Of a DNA stretch of 10,702 nt, positions 1 to 7,559 are shown one piece after another (positions within the stretch are counted from its first letter, which is position 1; the number at the start of each line of letters is the position of its first letter). Source of the stretch: Opitutales bacterium (GTDB taxonomy: Bacteria > Verrucomicrobiota > Verrucomicrobiia > Opitutales > UBA9783); assembly GCA_024407725.1 (NCBI GenBank), contig JAKSVZ010000022.1, positions 1-10,702 on the forward strand. The letters are read 5' to 3'. Under the pieces are notes generated by a model, which searched no databases, had not been told where the DNA came from, and was given only the letters and a program-made list of their open reading frames with translations. Position numbers and translations under genes: made by a program.

Positions 1-87
1 AACATCGCCGGCATCGCTTACAAGGAAGAGCAGGGCGGCTACCTCGCAGAGAACCGTCAGCTTTACCGTCTTGCGATGCAGTAGCCA

Positions 88-453
88 ATGGGCATACTCG
101 CTGAAGAAGGTGTCGAACAAACCTCGGTTGCGTATGAAGAAGTGGCGCAAACGCTCGGTTGTTCGTTCATGAAAATTTTGCATAAGATAACCTTGCCTTT
201 AATTGCGGCTCATTTAACCGCTGGCGCTATCTTGGTATTCTCGCAAACCTTATTGGCGGTATCCGATTCCCTTATTTTAGCGCAAAAGAAGGTATTTTAT
301 CCTATCACCAAAGCGATTTACGAAATGTTAAACTTTTTGGGCATTGGTACCTTTTTATCCTGCGCATTAGGCGTATGGGCCATGTCCTTCTTGGCAATCC
401 TTATTGTCGGTAGCTCTTACATGTTAGGTAAAACACCTAGGAGCAGCCTTTAA
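88..453 (+). CDS. ABC transporter inner-membrane permease, C-terminal fragment only (EAA loop plus last two TM helices). Probably a truncated gene or pseudogene remnant.
   Basis: The protein carries the EAA-loop signature of binding-protein-dependent permeases (AYEEVAQTLGCSFMKILHKITLPLIAAHLTAGAILVF, compare EAAxxxGAsxxxxFxxvxlPlxxP). Two hydrophobic helices follow it. Typical permeases are far longer than 121 aa. The same frame upstream is closed by TAG at 82-84. Confidence 0.6.
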   Translation: MGILAEEGVEQTSVAYEEVAQTLGCSFMKILHKITLPLIAAHLTAGAILVFSQTLLAVSDSLILAQKKVFYPITKAIYEMLNFLGIGTFLSCALGVWAMSFLAILIVGSSYMLGKTPRSSL

Positions 454-486
454 AGGGTAAAATTTGGGTTAAAAACGCCACTTTTT

Positions 487-504
487 AGCTGAGCTTCAGC
501 TTTT
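487..504 (+). terminator. Weak candidate rho-independent terminator after the permease ORF
   Basis: Perfect 6-bp stem AGCTGA (487-492) and TCAGCT (496-501) around a GCT loop, running into a TTTT run at 501-504. It lies in the 56-nt convergent gap between the permease stop and the truA stop. The stem is short, so support is only moderate. Confidence 0.3.
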
Positions 505-509
505 GTTCA

Positions 510-1238
510 TTAATGAGTGTTGTAATCAATCCACTCTAAGAATAAACCTTGAGGGGGAGCGGGTACAATCGGTACAGGGGGCGTTTGCCCTTGCAATAAT
601 TGATCAACCATCGATGGGTCATGTAGGCTACTTGCCACCAATACCCCCATCATGATTCGCACCATATGGTAGAGGTATCCTGATCCGACAACCGAAAAAA
701 CAAAGTGGTCATTTTGGGGAATAATGTCAGCAGAACGGATGGTTTTGGTGGTATTTTCTTCGGGCATTATTTTGTTTCCGAAACGGCGAAAATCGTGCGT
801 TCCTACCAACAATTGAGCGCTTGTCTGCATACGATCGATCGAAAGCTGTGGAATTTGCCAACGATAACGCACTGCGAATGGATCCAAAGGCTGTAATTGA
901 AAATGGTAATGATAGCACTTCCAATGGGCAGAATAACGCGCATGAAAATCAGGATTTACGGGTTCAACGTTTAAGATACGAATTGTGGGCGCTAAGCATA
1001 CATTGATGGCCAGTCTTAATTTATCGGCTCCATAATTCCAATCTGCAGCGAAATGGAAAACCTGACCGTGTGCATGAACGCCAGCGTCCGTTCGACCCCC
1101 GCCATGAATACGGACAGGATGTTTAAAAACCCTGAGTAATTGCGCTTCTATAGCGTCTTGAATGGTATTGCGATTGGGTTGACTTTGCCACCCACAATAA
1201 TCCGTTCCATCGTAAGCGCATGTACATTTCCAACGCAT
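510..1238 (-). CDS. truA: tRNA pseudouridine(38-40) synthase TruA
   Basis: 242 aa with an ATG start. The N-terminus MRWKCTCAYDGTDYCGWQSQ and the catalytic-Asp motif GGGRTDAGVHAHGQV are typical of TruA, and the length fits the family. Confidence 0.95.
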   Translation of the reverse strand: MRWKCTCAYDGTDYCGWQSQPNRNTIQDAIEAQLLRVFKHPVRIHGGGRTDAGVHAHGQVFHFAADWNYGADKLRLAINVCLAPTIRILNVEPVNPDFHARYSAHWKCYHYHFQLQPLDPFAVRYRWQIPQLSIDRMQTSAQLLVGTHDFRRFGNKIMPEENTTKTIRSADIIPQNDHFVFSVVGSGYLYHMVRIMMGVLVASSLHDPSMVDQLLQGQTPPVPIVPAPPQGLFLEWIDYNTH

Positions 1239-1244
1239 ACAAAG

Positions 1245-1273
1245 AGTTCAACCAAATCCCTGTGTGTTGTCAA
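1245..1273 (-). promoter_or_regulatory. Candidate sigma70-type promoter for truA, possibly giving a leaderless transcript
   Basis: On the minus strand there is a perfect TTGACA (1273..1268), a 17-nt spacer, then TGAACT (1250..1245, 3/6 match to TATAAT). The -10 hexamer ends 6 nt before the truA ATG (1238..1236). No SD-like purine run lies in between. Confidence 0.3.
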
Positions 1274-1330
1274 CGAACGGGCATAGGGGAAATAGAGCTC
1301 AAAAACTTCTTTATTTATTCAAAACAAACG

Positions 1331-1358
1331 TTGACAAAGCGCATTCGATGATTAATTT
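1331..1358 (+). promoter_or_regulatory. Candidate sigma70-type promoter for tRNA-Lys
   Basis: Perfect TTGACA at 1331-1336. A 16-nt spacer leads to TAATTT (1353-1358) inside an AT-rich block (attaatttataaaa). The tRNA begins at 1372, which implies a very short leader. Confidence 0.4.
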
Positions 1359-1371
1359 ATAAAACAAATTT

Positions 1372-1446
1372 GCCTCGTTAGCTCAGCGGTAGAGCACTTG
1401 CCTTTTAAGCAATGGGTCGTGGGTTCGATCCCCTCACGGGGTACCA
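1372..1446 (+). tRNA. tRNA-Lys (anticodon UUU), CCA encoded
   Basis: Hand-folded cloverleaf: acceptor GCCTCGT/ACGGGGT (includes G-U and U-G pairs), D arm GCTC-AGCGGTA-GAGC, anticodon arm CTTGC-CTTTTAA-GCAAT (anticodon TTT), variable loop GGGTC, T arm GTGGG-TTCGATC-CCCTC, then A-CCA. It has two non-canonical pairs, C27:U43 and U50:U64. Overall it closely resembles E. coli tRNA-Lys. Confidence 0.88.
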
Positions 1447-1459
1447 AATCGTAAATACG

Positions 1460-1834
1460 ATGGATAAACTTGATGAGATGTGGAATAAGCAGCATCAATT
1501 CAATGCCCGTATATTTGGGCCTGAATTTGAGAAGATTCTGCACGAACATGCAGGAGAATGGCTGTTAAAGTACGCAACGGCTTTAAATCAAGAAGTAAGC
1601 GAGTTGATAGATTGTGTTCCATGGAAATGGTGGGCGCATTATCAAAAGCTGGATTTAGAGCACGCAAAAGTAGAGCTTATCGATATTTTGCATTTTGTTC
1701 TTAGCATTGCACAAGTTTTAGGCATGTCTCCTGAAGATATTTTCAATACATACATGCAAAAAAATGCGGTTAATTTTAAGCGTCAGGATGATGGGTATCT
1801 AGAAAAAGCAAAAGAACCCCAGCTTAACGATTAA
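1460..1834 (+). CDS. Dimeric dUTPase-family (all-alpha NTP pyrophosphohydrolase, dUTPase_2/MazG-like) protein, 124 aa
   Basis: The motifs EVSELIDCVPWKWWAH, VELIDILHFVLSIAQVLG and YMQKNAVNFKRQDDGY match the conserved blocks of dimeric dUTPases (compare Campylobacter jejuni ECAELIDSFTWKHWK, IEIVDIWHFILSL, YIGKNVLNIFRQNNGY). The track ORF starts at 1412, inside tRNA-Lys, so I moved the start to the first ATG after the tRNA (1460). The ATG at 1478 is an alternative. Confidence 0.75.
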   Translation: MDKLDEMWNKQHQFNARIFGPEFEKILHEHAGEWLLKYATALNQEVSELIDCVPWKWWAHYQKLDLEHAKVELIDILHFVLSIAQVLGMSPEDIFNTYMQKNAVNFKRQDDGYLEKAKEPQLND

Positions 1835-1839
1835 CGTTT

Positions 1840-2667
1840 ATGCTTAGCTATTGGATACATTCGCTGGATCCATTCATCATCAAATTTCCAAGTCATTGGG
1901 GTATTCAAGGCATTAAGTGGTATGGGTGTGCCTACCTGCTTGGGTTTTTGATAGGCTATTGGATTTTTTGCCGATGGGCTCATAGCGGAAAAATTCGTTT
2001 AACGCGCGAACAAATACAAAACTACTTATTTGCTAGTTTTTGCGGAATTTTAATCGGTGGACGTTTGGGTTACGTATGCCTTTATCACTTGGATTATTAC
2101 ATCCATAATCCGTTAGCTATCGTACGCATTTGGGATGGCGGAATGGCCTTCCATGGCGCATGTTTAGGGTTGTTTATCAGCTGGTGCATTTTGGGAGCAC
2201 AACAAAAGCTTTCTGTACTTTCCCTTTCGGATTTATGCATTGTCCCCGGAACCCTTGGAATTTTCTTTGGTCGTTGCGCTAATTTTATCAATGGCGAGGT
2301 TTATGGCAGAATTACTCAAATGCCTTGGGGGGTAATCTTTCCTGTGGATTGTTTCGCGCGCCACCCATCTCAGCTTTATGAAGCCTTGGGAGAAGGACTT
2401 ATTCTGTTTATTTTGAGTCTAAAAAGAACGCAGGATGAGCGTATGTATCGGTATTCTGGGCTACTTGCCAGCCATTTTGTCATTGGTTACAGCCTGATAC
2501 GTTTTACACTGGAATACTTCCGCGAACCTGATGCACCCTTAATCGGTTGCTTTACGCGTGGACAAATGTATTCCATCGTATGCCTGTTGATTGGGCTGGT
2601 TGCTGCGTATCGATTAAAAAAGCACCCGATTCCCTGCGAACGTAGCGTATTTACGAAGCAATCGTAG
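1840..2667 (+). CDS. lgt: Prolipoprotein (phosphatidylglycerol) diacylglyceryl transferase Lgt
   Basis: 275 aa polytopic membrane protein with the Lgt signature blocks WDGGMAFHGACLG, GRCANFINGEVYGR and RHPSQLYEALGEG. The ATG lies 5 nt after the stop of the preceding gene. Confidence 0.95.
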   Translation: MLSYWIHSLDPFIIKFPSHWGIQGIKWYGCAYLLGFLIGYWIFCRWAHSGKIRLTREQIQNYLFASFCGILIGGRLGYVCLYHLDYYIHNPLAIVRIWDGGMAFHGACLGLFISWCILGAQQKLSVLSLSDLCIVPGTLGIFFGRCANFINGEVYGRITQMPWGVIFPVDCFARHPSQLYEALGEGLILFILSLKRTQDERMYRYSGLLASHFVIGYSLIRFTLEYFREPDAPLIGCFTRGQMYSIVCLLIGLVAAYRLKKHPIPCERSVFTKQS

Positions 2668-2680
2668 GGCGTTTCAAATT

Positions 2681-5107
2681 CTATTCAAGATTCCGAGGAA
2701 CCAATCCGCGTTCGGTTAAAACATCCATAATACGGGCGGCGCGATTATAACCAATTTTCAAGCGTCGTTGTAACAGAGAGGTTGAAACGCGATCGGAAGA
2801 CTTTAAAATTTCCAAAGCCTGCGGTAACAAACTATCATCATCCCCTGCAATATCCTCAGAGCCTTCCTCATTGGATTCCTCCTCCATAATCTGCTGAATA
2901 TCCTCGGAGAAGTTCGGTTTTCCATTGCAGCTCAAAAATTCGACTAGGTTGTTAATTTCATCATCCGATACCCACGCGCCTTGAGCTCTAATCAGCTGAG
3001 AAGCTCCTGGGGGAACAAAAAGCATATCCCCTCTTCCGATTAAATTATCTGCGCCTCCTAGATCCAAAATGGTTCGACTATCCACCTTAGAAGCCACCTT
3101 AAACGCAATACGGCTTGGAAGATTTGCTTTAATAATACCGGTAATGACGTTAACAGAAGGACGCTGGGTTGCGATGACCAAGTGAATACCGGCAGCACGT
3201 GCTAATTGAGCCAAACGAGCGATGCAGGTTTCAATATCACTGGGTGCAACCATCATTAAATCAGCCAATTCATCGATAATGCACACAATATAGGGCAAAT
3301 GCTCTAAGTTCTTTTCCGCCAATTCATTTTCGGATAAAGCACGCAATTTTTCATTGAAAGTTGTGATGTTGCGCGCGCCGTAATTTGCAAACAGCTTATA
3401 GCGGCGTTCCATCTCGGAAATCAACCATTTTAAGGCGCCCGGTACCCGTTTAGGTTCGGTAACAACCGGAATGAGCATATGCGGCAAATCGTTGTAAATT
3501 TTCATCTCAACAATTTTCGGGTCGACCATAATAAACCGTAGGTTTTTAGGCGTTTCTCGGAACAATAATGACGCAATAATGGCATTGATACATACGGTTT
3601 TTCCGGAACCCGTTGCGCCTGCAATCAGCAAGTGCGGCATTTTGGTCAAATCAGCTACAATAGGCTTTCCGGTTACTTCCTTTCCTAACACAATCGGAAT
3701 TTCCGCGTCTGATTGCTCCCATGCACGCGATGCTAAAATTTCGCGTAAACACACAGGCAAGGGTTTACGGTTCGGAACTTCAATACCTACGCATCCCTTC
3801 CCCGGTACAGGAGCTTGAATACGCACCGATAATGCTTTTAGAGCCAGGGCGATGTTTTTGTCTAGGGTTGCAATCTTTTCAACGCGTACCCCGCGCGCCG
3901 GTGTGACCTCATACCGCGTAATCACCGGACCTGCTTGGATATTTTCTACTTTAACCGATACGCCAAATTCAGCCAGTTTTTGAACCAAATTGTTGGCGGT
4001 TTCGTAGTAATCTTCTACGTTTCCATCTTGCAATACCGGCGGTGGGTCTTTTAGTAAATCCAAACTCGGCAATTTATAATCTCCCGCCTTGGAAGGAAGC
4101 TCATTGCTCGCTAGCTCCACGGATTCACTCGGAAGAATGGAAATACCGTCCATGTTCATTTCCATTTGTGTCGTTTTTACAGGTGCTTTTTCTTCTACTA
4201 CGGGAGGAGTTTGAACCGCAACGTTTTCTGCAGGCTTTTCAGTTACGGGTTCCGGTACAACTGTATCTTTTACTGCCGATTTTACTTCCAAAGGCTCTTC
4301 ATCGGAACCCGTGGATAAAAAGATGCTTTCGCGCGATTGTACAAAAGGTTCAGCAGATTCTTTATAGGGAAATAGCTCGGAACCTTGGCGCGTGGGTACA
4401 GGTTTGGTTTTCCGAACCATCGCAATGATTCGCTGAAAACCTGCGTTAAGCTTCAATCCTATTGATTTGCAGCCGCCGAAAACCTTAGAAAATGCCCCCA
4501 AATTGCGTTTTTTGTTACCCAAATGGACGATTATTCCCAATAGCCATTTGTAGCAAGCAATCACTACTCTTTCCATTTGCTCTATGTGAGAAAAGGTTAA
4601 GAACAAACATAGAAAGGTAGTGGGCAGCAAAATCAGCATGCAGCCTACTGTTCCCAAGTAATCCTTTAAAAATCCCTGTAGGAAGCTCGCCCCTAAAATT
4701 CCTCCGCGTCCGAATGAATAAAAGGCGTAATTTGGCCGCATCCAACCCATCACCTGCAACAAATTCAGCAAGCTGGAACCGAACAAAAGCAGCAATAAAA
4801 ATGCAATTGTATGGCCAATACACACATAGTAAGGTTTAGCTTTAAAGAGGCTGACCCCAATCCACAAGATAAATAGAGGCAGCATCCAAGCCATTGTTCC
4901 TAAATAGCGACAGGCATAGAAGCAAAACCCTACCCCCAAACTACCAAAGTAATTTTTGGAATTTCCGCTGATGGAACCAAGGCTATAAAACCGCGATCCT
5001 TCAGGATGATAGGTTGCCAAAGCCAGCATTATGAATAATCCCAACAAAATGCACAAAAAGCCCCCTAAGAGTCGATAAGCTTTTGCTTGGATTGCGTTCT
5101 TATTCAT
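2681..5107 (-). CDS. ftsK: DNA translocase FtsK
   Basis: 808 aa. It has an N-terminal multi-TM domain, a Pro/Glu/Val-rich linker (PEPVTEKPAENVAVQTPPVVEEKAPV) and a motor domain with Walker A GATGSGKT and Walker B IVCIIDELADLM. The C-terminal gamma winged-helix reads STSLLQRRLKIGYNRAARIMDVLTERGLV. Confidence 0.96.
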   Translation of the reverse strand: MNKNAIQAKAYRLLGGFLCILLGLFIMLALATYHPEGSRFYSLGSISGNSKNYFGSLGVGFCFYACRYLGTMAWMLPLFILWIGVSLFKAKPYYVCIGHTIAFLLLLLFGSSLLNLLQVMGWMRPNYAFYSFGRGGILGASFLQGFLKDYLGTVGCMLILLPTTFLCLFLTFSHIEQMERVVIACYKWLLGIIVHLGNKKRNLGAFSKVFGGCKSIGLKLNAGFQRIIAMVRKTKPVPTRQGSELFPYKESAEPFVQSRESIFLSTGSDEEPLEVKSAVKDTVVPEPVTEKPAENVAVQTPPVVEEKAPVKTTQMEMNMDGISILPSESVELASNELPSKAGDYKLPSLDLLKDPPPVLQDGNVEDYYETANNLVQKLAEFGVSVKVENIQAGPVITRYEVTPARGVRVEKIATLDKNIALALKALSVRIQAPVPGKGCVGIEVPNRKPLPVCLREILASRAWEQSDAEIPIVLGKEVTGKPIVADLTKMPHLLIAGATGSGKTVCINAIIASLLFRETPKNLRFIMVDPKIVEMKIYNDLPHMLIPVVTEPKRVPGALKWLISEMERRYKLFANYGARNITTFNEKLRALSENELAEKNLEHLPYIVCIIDELADLMMVAPSDIETCIARLAQLARAAGIHLVIATQRPSVNVITGIIKANLPSRIAFKVASKVDSRTILDLGGADNLIGRGDMLFVPPGASQLIRAQGAWVSDDEINNLVEFLSCNGKPNFSEDIQQIMEEESNEEGSEDIAGDDDSLLPQALEILKSSDRVSTSLLQRRLKIGYNRAARIMDVLTERGLVPRNLE

Positions 5108-5141
5108 ATGCTAAGTTTGTCTCTAAAAACCAACAAAAACG

Positions 5142-5170
5142 ATTCTATTTTTCAAGCGTGTACCTTTGAA
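5142..5170 (-). promoter_or_regulatory. Candidate internal promoter for ftsK overlapping the mreD 3' end
   Basis: On the minus strand: TTCAAA (5170..5165), a 17-nt spacer, then TAGAAT (5147..5142, which includes the mreD TAG stop). It sits 34 nt upstream of the ftsK ATG. This rests on hexamer matches only. Confidence 0.25.
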
Positions 5171-5636
5171 TCCATATAAACCGCGTTTGGAGCGTTAAGC
5201 AATAAGGCATAACCCAAGCAACCATTAACGCAGACAACCCAATAGAACTTAGGTAATAAAAGCCATAATACACGGGAACGCGATGAATGATAAACATGAA
5301 TGCTAGGTAGCAGCTATGCCCAATGACATTCAGCAAGAACACTTTTAATCGTGTTTGGAAAGCGAATAGCGCTCGATAATACCCGCCGTGAAGGATGAAA
5401 ACTCCGGCAATGAGTAAAAAGGTATGAAGGTACCAAGGGGTTGCCTGCAAACTATCTAACCAAATTCCCAACACGAGCGCGCAACAGGATGCTTCCCAGC
5501 GGCTTAATGCATACAGTGCTCCGCCGATGATTAAACCGTCAGCGTACGTATGGATGCCCAACAAATCTCCACATAAGTAGACCCCAAAAACCATCCAAAA
5601 ATAAAGGAATGTAAATGGAATGATACGGTAAATCAT
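5145..5636 (-). CDS. mreD: Rod shape-determining protein MreD
   Basis: 163 aa, very hydrophobic and multi-TM. Its ATG overlaps the mreC stop (ATGA at 5636..5633). Position and size are typical of MreD. The block LVLGIWLDSLQ resembles the conserved G..LD block of MreD. Confidence 0.8.
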   Translation of the reverse strand: MIYRIIPFTFLYFWMVFGVYLCGDLLGIHTYADGLIIGGALYALSRWEASCCALVLGIWLDSLQATPWYLHTFLLIAGVFILHGGYYRALFAFQTRLKVFLLNVIGHSCYLAFMFIIHRVPVYYGFYYLSSIGLSALMVAWVMPYCLTLQTRFIWIQRYTLEK

Positions 5637-6448
5637 AGAGAATCAACAGGGATCAGCACTCCAACTTCATCAAGCCACTTTAAATATTCGCCGATTTGAA
5701 CCACTCCTACCAGTTGCCCATGTTCCTCTTTAACTTGAACACAATTGCCGACATGGATATTGTCCGGAAACACATTGCCGACCGATACGGTTTTTACCTC
5801 CGATTGCTGCAAATAATAATGAATGCCGTTTTCAAGTTGCGCATACCACGTTGATTGCCATCCCTTTTTGTTCAGCACTCCACACAGTACATACGGTTCT
5901 TTTTGTGCATTACACCGTACCAGCAAACGAAAATCTGGATGGGTAACCAACATAACCGTGGCTGTTTTTTGCGATACGTTTGTGATGCGCCCCACAATTC
6001 CTTCGGTACATAAAACCCCCTGCCCTATCGCAATGCCATCCTTAGCGCCGCGGTTGATCACAATGAATTGCGACCAAGTGTCTTGCATGCGATAGATAAC
6101 GCGCGCGGTTACACATTTAAAGGATTCTCCGATCGGTAAGCCGTTAATACCTAAAATTTGTTTGGCGGTTTCGTACTTCTGTTCGGCATTGGCTAATTGA
6201 AGCTTTAGGTGCACATTTTCCCGCATCAACTCCTTAACTTTGTGAACCCACCAACTTTTGCGCTTGCTTTCAGCAACCCCAAATTCACGGATTTTTTCAA
6301 CATTTGGAGCAATAGCCCACAGAGGAGCTTGAGTTGCAAAAACCACTTGCTGCAACCGTACGCGCGTACGGGAAGGCAATACCGCATGCCAGATAATAAA
6401 TAGAATTACCAAGGGACCTAATAGCCACTTAAGCCGCGGTTTAAACAC
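5633..6448 (-). CDS. mreC: Rod shape-determining protein MreC
   Basis: 271 aa with a GTG start (reverse complement of 6446-6448), an N-terminal TM anchor, a coiled-coil segment (ENVHLKLQLANAEQKYETAKQIL) and the MreC beta-domain motif GQGVLCTEGIVGRITNVSQKTATVMLVT. It starts 4 nt after the mreB stop. An AGGAAG SD-like element lies about 12 nt upstream. Confidence 0.9.
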   Translation of the reverse strand: MFKPRLKWLLGPLVILFIIWHAVLPSRTRVRLQQVVFATQAPLWAIAPNVEKIREFGVAESKRKSWWVHKVKELMRENVHLKLQLANAEQKYETAKQILGINGLPIGESFKCVTARVIYRMQDTWSQFIVINRGAKDGIAIGQGVLCTEGIVGRITNVSQKTATVMLVTHPDFRLLVRCNAQKEPYVLCGVLNKKGWQSTWYAQLENGIHYYLQQSEVKTVSVGNVFPDNIHVGNCVQVKEEHGQLVGVVQIGEYLKWLDEVGVLIPVDSL

Positions 6449-6452
6449 AATG

Positions 6453-7490
6453 TTAATATTCTTCCTTTAACCAAAAGGATAAATTTTGTAGTACAGCACC
6501 AGTTCCGTTTGCAACCGCTTTTAGGGGATTTTCAGCAATAATCACGGGCAAACGTGAATCTTCACTGATTTTACGATCTAAATTACGAATCAATGAACCT
6601 CCACCCGCTAATACAATACCGCGGTCTACCAAATCAGCTGCTAATTCCGGCGGACATTTATCCAATGCCTGATGAATCACTTCTACAATTTCATTCAATG
6701 CATCCAATAAAGCTTCACGGACTTCTATTGAGGAAATCGTAACTGTTTGGGGTAAACCTGTGATTGTACCCCGGCCTTTTACCTCTAATTCGACTTCTTC
6801 TTCCAGCGGCATAGCAGAACCAATAGCAATTTTAATGTTTTCTGCCATACGCTCACCAATCAAGAGATTATATTTCTTCTTTAAGTGATTGATGATTGCT
6901 AAATCCATTTGGTCGCCACCAACCCGCAAACTCTTGGTAAATACCATACCGGATAAGGAAATAATCGCTACTTCCGTAGTTCCTCCACCGATATCGACAA
7001 TCATACTTGCAGCAGGTTCATCAATGGGCAAACCAACCCCAATGGCAGCTGCCATTGGCTCTTGTAACAATAAAACTTCACGCGCGCCTGCACGAATAGC
7101 CGACTCTTTAACTGCCCGACGCTCTACTTCCGTAATTCCTGAAGGAACTGCAATAACCACGCGTGGGGGAACAAAGCGTTGATGACCACATACCTTGCGA
7201 ATAAAATACCGCAACATTGCTTCGGTCACTTCAAAATCAGCAATAACCCCATCCTTCATAGGACGCAAAGCAGCAATGTTGTCCGGAGTACGGCCTAACA
7301 TCTTTTTTGCTTCCAAACCAACCGCACGTACTTTACGGCTTTTTCTGTAAATCGCGACTACGCTCGGCTCATTTAATACGATTCCTTTGTCGCGTACAAA
7401 CACCAACGTATTTGCTGTTCCCAAGTCAATTCCAATATCATGAGATCCCCATGAAAACAGCTTGCCAATCAGAGGTGTTAAGTTTAACAT
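6453..7490 (-). CDS. mreB: Rod shape-determining actin homologue MreB
   Basis: 345 aa carrying canonical MreB/actin-fold motifs: IGIDLGTANTLVFV, LRPMKDGVIADFEVTE, VIAVPSGITEVERRAV, EPMAAAIG, VDIGGGTTEVAIISL and GIVLAGGGSLIRNLD. Confidence 0.97.
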   Translation of the reverse strand: MLNLTPLIGKLFSWGSHDIGIDLGTANTLVFVRDKGIVLNEPSVVAIYRKSRKVRAVGLEAKKMLGRTPDNIAALRPMKDGVIADFEVTEAMLRYFIRKVCGHQRFVPPRVVIAVPSGITEVERRAVKESAIRAGAREVLLLQEPMAAAIGVGLPIDEPAASMIVDIGGGTTEVAIISLSGMVFTKSLRVGGDQMDLAIINHLKKKYNLLIGERMAENIKIAIGSAMPLEEEVELEVKGRGTITGLPQTVTISSIEVREALLDALNEIVEVIHQALDKCPPELAADLVDRGIVLAGGGSLIRNLDRKISEDSRLPVIIAENPLKAVANGTGAVLQNLSFWLKEEY

Positions 7491-7559
7491 ATGGTAAATA
7501 CTGATTTTAATAATAGTGCAACAAACCGATTAAGATTCGTCAAGTCAAAGAATCACAAG

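Noticed and set aside
1-183. Minus-strand ORF (MQNFHERTTERLRHFF...) running from 183 off the left edge, plus other open frames in the GC-rich first 170 nt
   Set aside because: It is in codon register opposite the plus-strand frame, and GC-rich sequence keeps many frames open. There is no motif support, so I did not call a gene. I also did not list nt 1-84 as a feature, since its product cannot be identified.
705-1006. Three ORFs of 61-65 aa (705-896 +, 727-924 -, 821-1006 +) overlapping truA
   Set aside because: All lie entirely inside the well-supported truA CDS, antisense or in alternative frames. Their translations are low-complexity with no recognisable motifs, so they are typical shadow ORFs.
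1352-1549. 65-aa minus-strand ORF, and the 1412-1459 N-terminal extension of the plus-strand ORF, both crossing tRNA-Lys
   Set aside because: Both overlap a well-folding tRNA gene. The minus-strand ORF is antisense to the tRNA and to the dUTPase-like gene. The plus-strand ORF has a sensible ATG (1460) just after the tRNA.
2097-2291. 64-aa antisense ORF inside lgt
   Set aside because: It is contained within a confidently identified CDS and has no motif or independent signal.
2668-2680. 13-nt convergent gap between the lgt and ftsK stops, checked for a shared bidirectional terminator
   Set aside because: I found no stem-loop in or immediately flanking the gap. There is nothing to annotate beyond the tight convergent arrangement.
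3579-4823. ORFs within ftsK: 3579-3818 +, 3721-3906 +, 4042-4428 + (128 aa) and 4515-4823 - (alternative frame)
   Set aside because: All are embedded in the continuous 808-aa FtsK reading frame. The 128-aa ORF lies opposite the low-constraint Pro/Glu/Val-rich linker, where long antisense open frames arise by chance. None has start-site signals or recognisable domains.
5823-7504. Antisense ORFs inside mreC (5823-6095, 6209-6403) and mreB (6889-7182, 7307-7504)
   Set aside because: They are shadow ORFs opposite highly conserved genes, and their translations are Ser/Pro/Thr/Arg-rich with no homology pattern I recognise.
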